A DNA stretch of 64,000 nucleotides from Minisyncoccota bacterium. GTDB lineage: Bacteria; Patescibacteriota; Minisyncoccia; Phycocordibacterales; UBA918. Made by a program: the position numbers and the translations under genes. The stretch covers positions 542,663 through 606,662 of the forward strand of contig JAWKSP010000001.1 of the NCBI GenBank assembly GCA_041389025.1, in the 5' to 3' direction. This document shows positions 31,389 to 40,317 of the stretch, one piece after another. A model generated the notes under the pieces. The model was not told the DNA's origin, did no database searches, and saw only the letters and a program-made list of their open reading frames with translations. The number at the start of each line of letters is the position of its first letter. The first letter of the stretch is position 1.

Positions 31389-32132
31389 TTATTTGCATAT
31401 AACTTTTGTCGTTTCTCTAACCTTTGTCGCTTCATTTATACCCCCCAACTTTGGCTCGAAACCACCCCACACACCATATGATTTTTCATACCTACCATCA
31501 CTACCAGACTCGAAAGACATAAGACACCAAGGGGCACGAGGTGCATATGTCCCAGAATAAACACTTGAATGGACTTGAGAACACCACCCTCCAATATCGA
31601 TTTGATTTACATCTGTAGCAGGATAACTAGTGGGGCCAGTTGCTCGTATATCACAACTTCTCATGGAATGAACATAATTTACAATTTCACTTTCCACTGT
31701 ATTCATGGCCATAAGTTTGTAAACTGTTTTATTGCCATTAACTCTATACACATATCCTGAATTATCACCATTTAACCTTGGATCAGTCGGTAATTTTGGC
31801 ATAAATTCAGAAAACGGTTGACTTACACTACCTACTATATAATTATTGGTACCATCAACACATTCAAAATCAGTACCGACCTGACCGGACCAACCATCAG
31901 AACCGGCTATTGCTGAACATTGGGCCGGATATTCTCCATACTTATTTTTATACAACTCTATGGCGCTTTGTAATTCCCTAAGATCTGATTGTCTTTGTGA
32001 GTCACGGGCTTGTTTACCAGAATCAGCCGTATTAAAAAGTACCATCGAAGCCAAAATACCAATAACTGCCAAAACAATAAGAATTTCCAATAAAGTAAAA
32101 CCAAATCCAGTTTTCTGCCAGTTTGTGTACAT
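31389..32132 (-). CDS. Type IV pilin-like protein (second tandem copy, larger)
   Basis: QKTGFG/FTLLEILIVLAVIGIL prepilin motif. Start trimmed to MYTNWQK at 32132. Confidence 0.75.
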   Translation of the reverse strand: MYTNWQKTGFGFTLLEILIVLAVIGILASMVLFNTADSGKQARDSQRQSDLRELQSAIELYKNKYGEYPAQCSAIAGSDGWSGQVGTDFECVDGTNNYIVGSVSQPFSEFMPKLPTDPRLNGDNSGYVYRVNGNKTVYKLMAMNTVESEIVNYVHSMRSCDIRATGPTSYPATDVNQIDIGGWCSQVHSSVYSGTYAPRAPWCLMSFESGSDGRYEKSYGVWGGFEPKLGGINEATKVRETTKVICK

Positions 32133-32169
32133 TACAAAAAGTATATCATGGGTTTTACTGGTTTGAGAT

Positions 32170-32231
32170 AAAAACTGGTGATTGTAAAAGGTGGCGCCCA
32201 TGGGCGCCACCTTTTACAATCACCAGTTTTT
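32170..32231. terminator. 62-nt perfect palindrome (29-bp arms around a CATG centre); bidirectional terminator between rnc and the pilin genes
   Basis: AAAAACTGGTGATTGTAAAAGGTGGCGCC-CATG-GGCGCCACCTTTTACAATCACCAGTTTTT, read directly. Confidence 0.7.
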
Positions 32232-32238
32232 TCTGTAA

Positions 32239-32949
32239 TTAATCCCACCCTTTGGCTTTCACTGCCATTTCAGCCGCTTGTTGCTCCGCTTCTTGTTTTG
32301 ACCTTCCTTTTCCCTCGGCTATTTTTTCATGTCGTAAAAAAACCCCTACCGTAAACACTCGGTCATGATCCGGTCCGTCTTGTGAAATAGTCTCATAAGT
32401 TGGTGTAATAGAAGCTTTTTCTTGAGCCAACTCTTGAAAGCGACTCTTTGGATCCTGCCATAGACGTTTTTTAATAATCTCTTCTGTACCAGCAAATAAT
32501 CTATCAGCAATAAAATCTCGAGCTTGATCATAACCTTGATCCAAATAAATCGCTCCAATACAAGCCTCAAATACATTAGCTAATATATACTGCCTAGCCC
32601 GCCCTTCATCTTTTGCTTCTCCCTTAGACATCAAAAGGAATTGATTAACATCCATTTTTTCTGAAGCATTTGATAACGAAATTGTATTTACCAAAGCCGC
32701 TCGTACCGCCGTCAATTCCCCTTCTGGTTTTTCTGGATATTGCTTAAATAAAAAATCAGTCACCACTAACTCCAAAACCGCATCTCCTAAAAACTCTAAT
32801 CGTTCATTATGCTCCCAGGTCGCTTCTCGATGCTCGTTTAAATATGAACGATGAGTAATAGCCGTTAGAAGTAAATTCTTATCCTTAAATTCCACTCCTA
32901 AAATATTTTGTAGTTTCTTTACATCTTCTTCTAGATTCCTTTCCTCCAT
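32239..32949 (-). CDS. rnc: Ribonuclease III
   Basis: ERLEFLGDAVLELVV signature plus a C-terminal dsRBD. Confidence 0.9.
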   Translation of the reverse strand: MEERNLEEDVKKLQNILGVEFKDKNLLLTAITHRSYLNEHREATWEHNERLEFLGDAVLELVVTDFLFKQYPEKPEGELTAVRAALVNTISLSNASEKMDVNQFLLMSKGEAKDEGRARQYILANVFEACIGAIYLDQGYDQARDFIADRLFAGTEEIIKKRLWQDPKSRFQELAQEKASITPTYETISQDGPDHDRVFTVGVFLRHEKIAEGKGRSKQEAEQQAAEMAVKAKGWD

Positions 32950-32991
32950 AACATTCCTTATTTTATATATAATTTTGCTCGTAACTTAGCA

Positions 32992-33894
32992 TTATTTACT
33001 TTGCCTGCCAACCAACATAGTAATAGCTTTAGTTACAATCGGCAGAATATCTTCATAAAAATTAAGTTCTAAAATATCAGCCACCTTAAACCACCGAGCA
33101 TCATCTAACCCGCCTTTCTTTGCTAATTCTAATTCCTGATAAGGAGATTTGGCTAAAAAGTATTGTACTTGTTTTCTAACCTTACCTTTCTCTGGCTGTG
33201 AAGCTACATATTCATTGTTACCGAGTTCTGCTTCTATTTCTACCGGTAAGCCAATCTCTTCCTGCAAAGCTCTAACTGCTCCTTCTTCAAAAGTTTCTTC
33301 GTCTTTTACTTTACTTTTAGACAAAGTCCAATGACCAAAAATATCATGCACCAAAGCTAGATACATCTGCCCTCCTTCTTCCGCATACACCACCGCCCCC
33401 GACAAACGTTCAATCGGCATCTGGTCAAATGGTACGTCTTTTTTTCGTTTTTTACTTACCTCTTCTTTACCAGGTTCGCCAATTTCTTTATAGACAGCTC
33501 CCAATACACCATTAACAAATCGACTACTATTATCACCACCAAATTGCTTAGCTAGCTCAATTGCTTCGTTTATTGCCACCTTTGCTGGCACTTCCTTACG
33601 ATCAGCAAATAACAACTCATACAAACCTAATCTTAAAATATTTCTATCAACCGGAGAAATACGATCAACCGGCCATTCTGGTGCCGCTTTTTCAATTACC
33701 AGATCAAGTTCTCCTTGTTTACCTAAAACTCCACTTAAAAGTTTTTCCATAAACGGTCGATCTGACTTATTAGGCGCGAATTCGTCTATGTTTCTATCTA
33801 AAACTTCTATTACTTCTTTTTTATCAATCGCATTTAAATCCCACTCAAAGAGTGATTGAAGAACGATACTGCGTGAAAGATGTCGATTTGCCAT
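32992..33894 (-). CDS. nusB: Transcription antitermination factor NusB fused to a C-terminal NUDIX-hydrolase-like domain
   Basis: N-terminal 145 aa match NusB (RLGLYELLF, VAINEAIELAKQFGG, FVNGVLG). The C-terminal half has a Nudix-box-like segment ETFEEGAVRALQEEIGL. Confidence 0.7.
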   Translation of the reverse strand: MANRHLSRSIVLQSLFEWDLNAIDKKEVIEVLDRNIDEFAPNKSDRPFMEKLLSGVLGKQGELDLVIEKAAPEWPVDRISPVDRNILRLGLYELLFADRKEVPAKVAINEAIELAKQFGGDNSSRFVNGVLGAVYKEIGEPGKEEVSKKRKKDVPFDQMPIERLSGAVVYAEEGGQMYLALVHDIFGHWTLSKSKVKDEETFEEGAVRALQEEIGLPVEIEAELGNNEYVASQPEKGKVRKQVQYFLAKSPYQELELAKKGGLDDARWFKVADILELNFYEDILPIVTKAITMLVGRQSK

Positions 33895-33966
33895 AAATAA
33901 TGTACTCTGAAAACTATTACTGACTTTAGTGTATCATGCAATAACAGCTACTAAACCCAAAATCCA

Positions 33967-33995
33967 CAAAAGCCCCACAAGGGGCTTTTGTTTGT
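33967..33995. terminator. Intrinsic terminator hairpin (AAAAGCCCC-ACAA-GGGGCTTTT)
   Basis: 9-bp stem and T-run immediately after the rpmF stop. Confidence 0.6.
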
Positions 33996-34282
33996 TATTT
34001 AGTGGTTTCTGTTGCAGTCGATACAACCTCAGTATTTTCTGCTTCTTCCGCCTCACCTTTACGAGCTTCTTTTTTAGCTTTGATGCGAGCTTCTCGATCT
34101 TTTCTTTTAGTCGATAGATCAATCACTACTTTATCTTTGTAAAAACCACAATCCAAGCACATATGATGTGGACGATGTTGTGAGCCACAATTCTTGCACA
34201 CGGCCAAATTAGGCGCTTTTAAAGCGTGATGAGAACGGCGGTTGGCGGTATGTGACCGCGTATGTCGCATTCGAATTACCAT
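33995..34282 (-). CDS. rpmF: 50S ribosomal protein L32 with a Lys/Glu-rich C-terminal tail
   Basis: RRSHHALKAP...CKNCG...HHMCLDCGFYKDKVV zinc-ribbon L32 pattern. Confidence 0.85.
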   Translation of the reverse strand: MVIRMRHTRSHTANRRSHHALKAPNLAVCKNCGSQHRPHHMCLDCGFYKDKVVIDLSTKRKDREARIKAKKEARKGEAEEAENTEVVSTATETTK

Positions 34283-34347
34283 AGTGGCGAAACTATAGCA
34301 AATTACAGCAAAAAAGCAATGGTCTGTAGAGCGACGTGATTTAAAAA

Positions 34348-34385
34348 GCGGGGAAATTTGGCTTTGCCAAATTTCCCCGCTTTTT
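34348..34385. terminator. Intrinsic terminator hairpin (GCGGGGAAATTTGG / CCAAATTTCCCCGC) with A5 and T5 flanks
   Basis: 14-bp perfect stem. Second of two tandem terminators upstream of rpmF. Confidence 0.6.
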
Positions 34386-34418
34386 AAGCTTTTTCAGATT
34401 GATTAATATCATAAAATA

Positions 34419-34447
34419 CAAAAAAGCACAGATAACCAAATCTGTGC
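34419..34447 (-). terminator. Minus-strand intrinsic terminator (GCACAGAT-AACCAA-ATCTGTGC followed by T6 on the minus strand)
   Basis: 8-bp stem. The T-run is only on the minus-strand side, so it ends a minus-strand transcript. Confidence 0.55.
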
Positions 34448-35020
34448 TGTCTTCCTAGGTGCTGATGGTTATTGACTCAAGCCTTTAGCGAATCAACCAT
34501 CAGCACCTTAACGTTAGTAAGTAATGTGAGATAACCAGTATCTCTGACCAACACTGCAACCGGCAGTGTCAGGAGCACATAAATGATTAATTTCAAAGTA
34601 ATCATTTATAGCTACTGTACTTACTTAAAACCAAAATAATAGGCGCAAAGGATCACGATTGATTATATCTTCGTGAATCTGATGGTACTTTATCTAGGTC
34701 ACCATCACTGTATAACAATGTCACTAATATACAAACAAACCTTCCTATAAATGCAGTCTTTTTAACTTTTTAAAGAAAACCACACTTAATGTTAAGAATG
34801 AATACACTATATGTGTGTATTTTTGATTGTCAGTACTCATGAATTATACTATTAACTCATGTCCCATTAACCATGTAACGACTCTCACGTCTATATTACA
34901 TTGGGCAGGTTAGGCATTGCCACTTGAGCATTACAAGTTCACGGTGCGATAACTCGCCTTCATCCGGAACACCTATATTTTGATTTTCAACGAACACATT
35001 AGGACGCTAGTCAACTAATG
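34419..35020 (-). ncRNA. Candidate ~600-nt structured non-coding transcript of unknown family, bounded by a promoter and two terminators
   Basis: No ORF of 60 aa or more on either strand across 34283-35151. Strong promoter at 35027-35055 (minus). Several perfect hairpins, e.g. a 13-bp stem at 34459-34508. No RNase P, tmRNA or SRP motifs recognised. Confidence 0.25.
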
Positions 35021-35026
35021 TTCTAA

Positions 35027-35055
35027 CATCATAGCAGATTTAAAATATTTGTCAA
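35027..35055 (-). promoter_or_regulatory. Sigma-70-like promoter on the minus strand (TTGACA-N17-TATGAT)
   Basis: Reverse complement of 35050-35055 is TTGACA and of 35027-35032 is TATGAT, with consensus spacing. Confidence 0.4.
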
Positions 35056-35151
35056 GCCTTTTTGATTGATTTTTGACCTATTTTTATAAAAAATCCTTAT
35101 TTTAAGCCATATTTTGTGTATTTTTGACTTAAACTTTTGAATAGATTTGAC

Positions 35152-35802
35152 CTATTTTTTTGCTTTTGCTTGTACATTTTGACAAAAGCCTACCCGATGT
35201 TGAGTGCTTAGGCCGTATTCTAAGATAGCTTGCCGATGATCTTTAGTGCCGTAGCCCTTATGTTTGGCAAAGTCATAGACAGCAAACTCTGATTTTTTCG
35301 CCAACTTTTCCATATATTTGTCACGAGTCACTTTAGCTAAAATTGAAGCTAGACCGATTACTTTTTCTTTTCCATCACCTTTTATGATCGTCTCTTGATT
35401 TACAAATTCAGCCGGAGCTTTCAACCCCCCATCCAATTTCACCTCAACATTACCTAGATTTGAGTTACCTAGGTTGACCCTAGGCACAGTTGAGGTGAGT
35501 TTTTTGAGTCCGCGTTTCATGGCTAAATTTATTGCCGGCACAATTCCTTTTTTGTCTATCACCGATGAGCTGACTAATGGCACTGCGAAATTTATTTGTC
35601 CGGTTTTTTTCAGTTGCAAAGCTTGCCGGAAAATCGCTTCGCGATTTTCCGGCGTAAGCTTCTTACTATCATTCACTCCCGAAAGCGCACTCCAGTCAAA
35701 ATCAACCGGTACCAAAACCACCCCAACGCCCACCGGACCCGCCAACGGTCCACGCCCGACTTCATCTACTCCGATTACCCATTTTATATTCTTTTTACCC
35801 AT
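35152..35802 (-). CDS. rnhB: Ribonuclease HII
   Basis: N-terminal VIGVDEVGRGPLAGPV catalytic motif. Confidence 0.88.
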   Translation of the reverse strand: MGKKNIKWVIGVDEVGRGPLAGPVGVGVVLVPVDFDWSALSGVNDSKKLTPENREAIFRQALQLKKTGQINFAVPLVSSSVIDKKGIVPAINLAMKRGLKKLTSTVPRVNLGNSNLGNVEVKLDGGLKAPAEFVNQETIIKGDGKEKVIGLASILAKVTRDKYMEKLAKKSEFAVYDFAKHKGYGTKDHRQAILEYGLSTQHRVGFCQNVQAKAKK

Positions 35803-36185
35803 CTAAAAACCAAATTAATGAATTGCTTGACAATATTTTATTAGGAAGTATACTCCAAAGAGTTCGTTTTGTCTTAGGGGGTTACTCCACCTGTTTTAAA
35901 AAGGTTCAATTTAGCTAAAATTTTCAATGAGGGATTACTTAACCAGTACTCGGCCAGTACATGCGGTAAGGTAATTGGAAATCTGGATGGTTTCCATATG
36001 TTTTAAGCGACATTAAATCAATTTTTAACAGAATTACGTGAATAACAAACACGAACGATCATGCCGTCATTCCCTTTGGGTCTGACGGCATCATTTTATA
36101 TTTTTTGAGCTAATAAACACCGCCCCAAGCGGTGTTTGTTTTTTGTTTTTTACCTCTTCTGACAAAATGCTATACTATCCGCACC

Positions 36186-39100
36186 ATGCCCGAAAAATCC
36201 TCAAGCTCTGAATTTGTCCACCTTCACGTCCACTCTCACTACTCCCTTCTAAACGCCCTGCCTACCCCAAGCGAACTAGCCAAAGCCGCCAAAGCCGACG
36301 GTCAAGACGCTATGGCTCTGACCGATGCTGGTGCTATGTACGGCATAATTGATTTTTATAAAGCTTGTACCAAGGAAGAAATAAAGCCAATCCTCGGCCT
36401 TGACGCTTTTTTAGCCCCTCGCACCAGACACGACAGAGAAGCGATGCTCGATAAACCCCGTTCTCGTTTGGTGCTTTTAGCTAAAACTTTTTCCGGCTAT
36501 CAAAACCTCATAAAAATGGTTACTCTCTCCAACACCGAAGGTTTCTACTACAAACCCCGACTTGATGAAGAGTTGTTGAGCAAAAATCATGAAGACTTAA
36601 TTTGTATTATTCCTTCCTTTGCCGGCGAGATAGCTCGTGCTTTAAAAGACGGAGACCACGAACAGGCCGAACAAAGACTGGATTTTTATAAAAATCTATT
36701 TGGTGATGATTGCTATCTTGAGATTACCCACCATCCGGAAATTTTAGACCATGAAGCCAACCAAGAAAAAATAATTGAACTAGCTAAAAAGACCAACACT
36801 CCGCTAGTTGCTGCGCACGATGTCTATTACCTAAAGCCGGAAGACCGTTTGGCGCGTGAGACCATGATTAAGATTCAGAGCGGTGGTGTCGTAGACACCA
36901 CCGCCGATCATGACAGCGAAGAAGATTTTTCTTTTATTACTCAAGCCAAGGCCAAAGAACTCTTTAAAGATACTCCGGAAGCTATCGCGAATACTGTAAA
37001 AATTGCCGACCAATGCCACGTCGAAATCGAAATCGGTACTCACTGGTATTTCCCCAACTACATTATCGAAAGTGGTAAAGATCCCGACGAAGAACTGAGA
37101 GACACAGCTTATGAAGGAGTGACTTGGCGCGGTCTGTCGCTTGATGACAAAGAAACCAAAGAGCGTCTCGACTATGAACTGGACGTAATCAAAACCAAAG
37201 GTTACGCCAAGTACTTCTTAGTAGTAGGCGATCTACTAAGAGAAGCCCGAGAACGCGGTATCCTTACCACGATTCGAGGTTCTGTAGCCGGCTCACTCAC
37301 TACTTACGTACTCGGTATTACCAATGTAGACCCGCTTGAGTATCGTCTACCCTTTGAACGATTCCTAAACCCACAAAGACCATCTGCTCCAGATATCGAT
37401 ATGGACTTTGCTGATAACAGACGTGACGAAATCATCGAGTATTCCAAAGAAAAATATGGAGCCGATAAAGTAGCTCAAATCGGTACTTTTGGTACCATGG
37501 CCGCTCGCGCGGCGGTGCGTGACGTCGCTCGCGCTCTTGGTCACCCCTATGCTACCGGCGACCGCATCGCCAAGCTCATTCCAATGGGAAGCCAAGGCTT
37601 TCCGATGACTATTAAAAAAGCTTTAGAAATAGAACCAGATTTAGCCAGTTTATATAAAAAGGACAGCGAAGCGCGAGAAGTCATAGACCTAGCTAAACAA
37701 ATCGAAGGGCGCGTGCGTCACCTTGGTGTACACGCCGCTGGTGTAGTGATTGCTCCCGATCCACTAAATCAATTTGTTCCCATTCAACCTGATCCAAAAT
37801 CTGGTAAATACATAACTCAGTACGAAATGAAAAGTGTCGGTGAAGACGGTGTCGGTCTTTTGAAGTTTGACTTTTTAGGTATCAAAAACCTAGCTATTTT
37901 GGCGGACGCGGTAAAGCGTACCAAAGCCACCAAAAATGTCGATGTCGATATTGAAAATATACCGCTTGATGACGAGAAAACTTTCTCCATATTAGCTAAA
38001 GGTGAAACGATGGGTCTGTTCCAGCTTAACGGCTCTGGTATGACCGCCTTCTTAAAACAACTCCGCCCCACCACCATCCACGATATCAACGCAATGGTGG
38101 CCTTGTACCGTCCCGGACCAATGGAATCAATCCCGCAGTATATCGAGAGAAAACATAATCCTACTTTAGTAACCTACATCGACGAACGATTAAAGCCAAT
38201 TCTAGAAAGATCATACGGAGTTATTACCTATCAAGACGACGTGATGGCGATTGCTCGTGAACTAGCCGGCTATAGTTGGCTTGAAGCTGACATGTTGCGT
38301 AAGGCGATGGGAAAGAAAATTCCTGAAGTGATGGCCGCCGAGAAAGACAAGCTTCTGACCGGTTTTGTTGAACACGGTAAGTTATCCGAAAAAATTGCCG
38401 ACAAACTTTGGAGTCTAATTGAACCCTTTGCTGCTTATGGGTTTAACAAAGCGCACGCGGCCAGCTATGGTCGAGTAGCTTATCAAACCGCCTATATGAA
38501 GGCTAACCATCCGGTCGAATACATGTCCGCCGTTCTCACCGCTGATTCTGGTGACACTGAAAAAATTGCCGAAATCATCCGTGAGTGTGAGCGCATGAAC
38601 ATCGAAGTACTTCCACCGGATATAAATGAATCCTTCTCTGACTTTACCGTGGTAGCCGGTAAAGAAACCATTCGCTTTGGACTAACCACCATCAAAAATT
38701 TTGGTGAAGGTATCGCCGACGCCATCATAAAAGAAAGAGAAAAAAACGGACACTTCACTTCTTTAAGTGACTTTTTATCTCGCGTCCACGACCGCAACTT
38801 AAACAAAAAGTCCCTTGAAGCTTTGGTAATGACCGGAGCTTTAGATAAATTTGGTGAACGTGGTGAAATGATGATGAATATTGATATGATGCTTACCTTC
38901 AACAAAGAACAAGTAGCCGAAAAAGAATCCGCTCAAGAATCCCTCTTTAATATGATAGGAACAGAGGTAAGGAGTTTAAACTTAGAACCGGCCGAACCGG
39001 CTCCGACTTTACAAAAGCTGATTTGGGAAAAAGAACTACTTGGTGTGTATGTCTCTGGGCATCCACTAGACGAGCACGAGGAGGAAGTAAATAAACGCCC

Positions 39101-39410
39101 GGCCATTGCCAGTGTACGCGCCGATGGTCGAAATGGTGTACCGGTTGTAACCGCCGGCATGGTGAGTGCGGTACGCGAGCTTCTCACCAAAAAAGGTGAT
39201 CGCATGGCCTTTGTGATGCTCGAAAATCAAACCGACCAAATAGAAATGGTAGTATTCCCCAAAACATATATTGATCTAAAAGAAGTAATGGTGGTTGGTA
39301 ATTGTATTGCTGTTAAAGGCAAGCTCAGTATCAGAAACGACGAACCGAGCATTATGGTGGATCGTGCGAAGTTGTTTTCTGAGAAGAAAGAAGAAAAAGT
39401 CGCTTCGTAG
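36186..39410 (+). CDS. dnaE: DNA polymerase III alpha subunit
   Basis: PHP domain FVHLHVHSHYSLL, polymerase core (GVHAAGVVIA, FDFLGIKNL, AAYGFNKAHAASYG) and an OB-fold C-terminus. Start moved to MPEKSSS at 36186. Confidence 0.93.
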   Translation: MPEKSSSSEFVHLHVHSHYSLLNALPTPSELAKAAKADGQDAMALTDAGAMYGIIDFYKACTKEEIKPILGLDAFLAPRTRHDREAMLDKPRSRLVLLAKTFSGYQNLIKMVTLSNTEGFYYKPRLDEELLSKNHEDLICIIPSFAGEIARALKDGDHEQAEQRLDFYKNLFGDDCYLEITHHPEILDHEANQEKIIELAKKTNTPLVAAHDVYYLKPEDRLARETMIKIQSGGVVDTTADHDSEEDFSFITQAKAKELFKDTPEAIANTVKIADQCHVEIEIGTHWYFPNYIIESGKDPDEELRDTAYEGVTWRGLSLDDKETKERLDYELDVIKTKGYAKYFLVVGDLLREARERGILTTIRGSVAGSLTTYVLGITNVDPLEYRLPFERFLNPQRPSAPDIDMDFADNRRDEIIEYSKEKYGADKVAQIGTFGTMAARAAVRDVARALGHPYATGDRIAKLIPMGSQGFPMTIKKALEIEPDLASLYKKDSEAREVIDLAKQIEGRVRHLGVHAAGVVIAPDPLNQFVPIQPDPKSGKYITQYEMKSVGEDGVGLLKFDFLGIKNLAILADAVKRTKATKNVDVDIENIPLDDEKTFSILAKGETMGLFQLNGSGMTAFLKQLRPTTIHDINAMVALYRPGPMESIPQYIERKHNPTLVTYIDERLKPILERSYGVITYQDDVMAIARELAGYSWLEADMLRKAMGKKIPEVMAAEKDKLLTGFVEHGKLSEKIADKLWSLIEPFAAYGFNKAHAASYGRVAYQTAYMKANHPVEYMSAVLTADSGDTEKIAEIIRECERMNIEVLPPDINESFSDFTVVAGKETIRFGLTTIKNFGEGIADAIIKEREKNGHFTSLSDFLSRVHDRNLNKKSLEALVMTGALDKFGERGEMMMNIDMMLTFNKEQVAEKESAQESLFNMIGTEVRSLNLEPAEPAPTLQKLIWEKELLGVYVSGHPLDEHEEEVNKRPAIASVRADGRNGVPVVTAGMVSAVRELLTKKGDRMAFVMLENQTDQIEMVVFPKTYIDLKEVMVVGNCIAVKGKLSIRNDEPSIMVDRAKLFSEKKEEKVAS

Positions 39411-39447
39411 TAAAAGCATAAACTCAGGTTCTCAAAATTTGACATAT

Positions 39448-39476
39448 TGTATAATTGTATGTAATATTGTTATTGG
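39448..39476 (+). promoter_or_regulatory. Sigma-70-like promoter (TTGACA-N17-TAATAT)
   Basis: Upstream of the small ORF at 39519, whose RBS is AAAGGGAG. Confidence 0.4.
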
Positions 39477-39518
39477 TATAGTAAAATTCAATCCATCAAT
39501 CCAAAAAAGGGAGAACAA

Positions 39519-39852
39519 AATGTCTTTTAAAGAATTTAAAGAATCTTTCAATGAAATGCCTTTTTACGTCACTTTTGTATTAGTGGTTCACATCCTTAAT
39601 CCAGGAATGGCAATAATGGCTTACGAATATGAAAATAATGGTCGCAACAAAGTTGGAGGTAGGCCTGCACTATACGCATCTGTAGCCAGCTTTCTAACAG
39701 TATGTATCTACGTTTTACTGTTTATACAAACAGATATGTATTATATGGAAGGATTTGTCAGTGGTATTCTCATCCTATTAATATGCTCAAACACACTTGG
39801 AACATTCGTGATGTTAGAATCTGGACTGTCAAAGCAAAAAGGTCAGGTGTAG
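39519..39852 (+). CDS. Small membrane protein (111 aa)
   Basis: Promoter, RBS, hydrophobic ORF, then a terminator hairpin at 39874-39902. Trimmed from ORF 39295..39852. Confidence 0.45.
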
Positions 39853-39873
39853 AACGAAATACGTACTTACGAA

Positions 39874-39910
39874 GCCACGATTAGTTAATCTGTGGCTTCT
39901 TATTATTTAT
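39874..39910 (+). terminator. Intrinsic terminator (GAAGCCAC...GTGGCTTC followed by a T-run)
   Basis: 8-bp perfect stem, 13-nt loop, then TTATTATTT. Confidence 0.55.
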
Positions 39911-39965
39911 AAACTACAAAGTTGACATTCTGCTACGGCAAGTTAGGATATATACAAACCAGAGA

Positions 39966-40200
39966 TTGTGATGGCTACCAACCATCAAGATAAATTGAGG
40001 TGAATTTATAAAATAAGTCTTAGTTTATCTGTACAAGGATCTTGTACCTAATCTGATGTAAAGAGAGTTGGTGGGTGGAAAATTTTGCGGAGCAAAATTT
40101 TCCACCCTACCGGAAACTCGGTGGACCCGCGGTTTACATTTTTTAAAATCGTCCGAGTGAATATATGAAATATTTTTTCGTGTATTCACTTGGGCGATTT
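39966..40200 (+). promoter_or_regulatory. T-box riboswitch-like leader of thrS: T-box motif AAACTCGGTGGACCCGCGG (40114-40132) and competing terminator hairpin (40153-40193)
   Basis: T-box consensus match. A1 helix CTCGG (40117-21) / CCGAG (40153-57) flanks a 7-nt UGGACCC bulge. CCGAG is also the 5' arm of an 11-bp terminator stem. ACC Thr codons sit in a hairpin loop (39986-39992) and at 40109-40111, and an AGAGA box lies at 40062. Confidence 0.5.
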
Positions 40201-40317
40201 CTTATTTAACAATTGATAATTTTCAGTTTCTTTAATTTATGTTTTGAACGATTCTGCAGGCAAAGCCAAAGCCTAAGTGAAAAATATAAATTAAAAAAAC
40301 TGAACACAAAAAATACT

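Noticed and set aside
34283-35151. RNase P RNA, tmRNA, SRP RNA or 6S RNA in the ORF-free spacer
   Set aside because: I searched both strands by eye for the P4 strands (GGAAAGTCCGG / ACAGAA..GGCTTA), the tmRNA GGGG 5' end, T-arm with CCA, and ..ALAA tag frame, and the SRP domain IV GGAAG...AGCAGC. None was present, so the family is left unknown.
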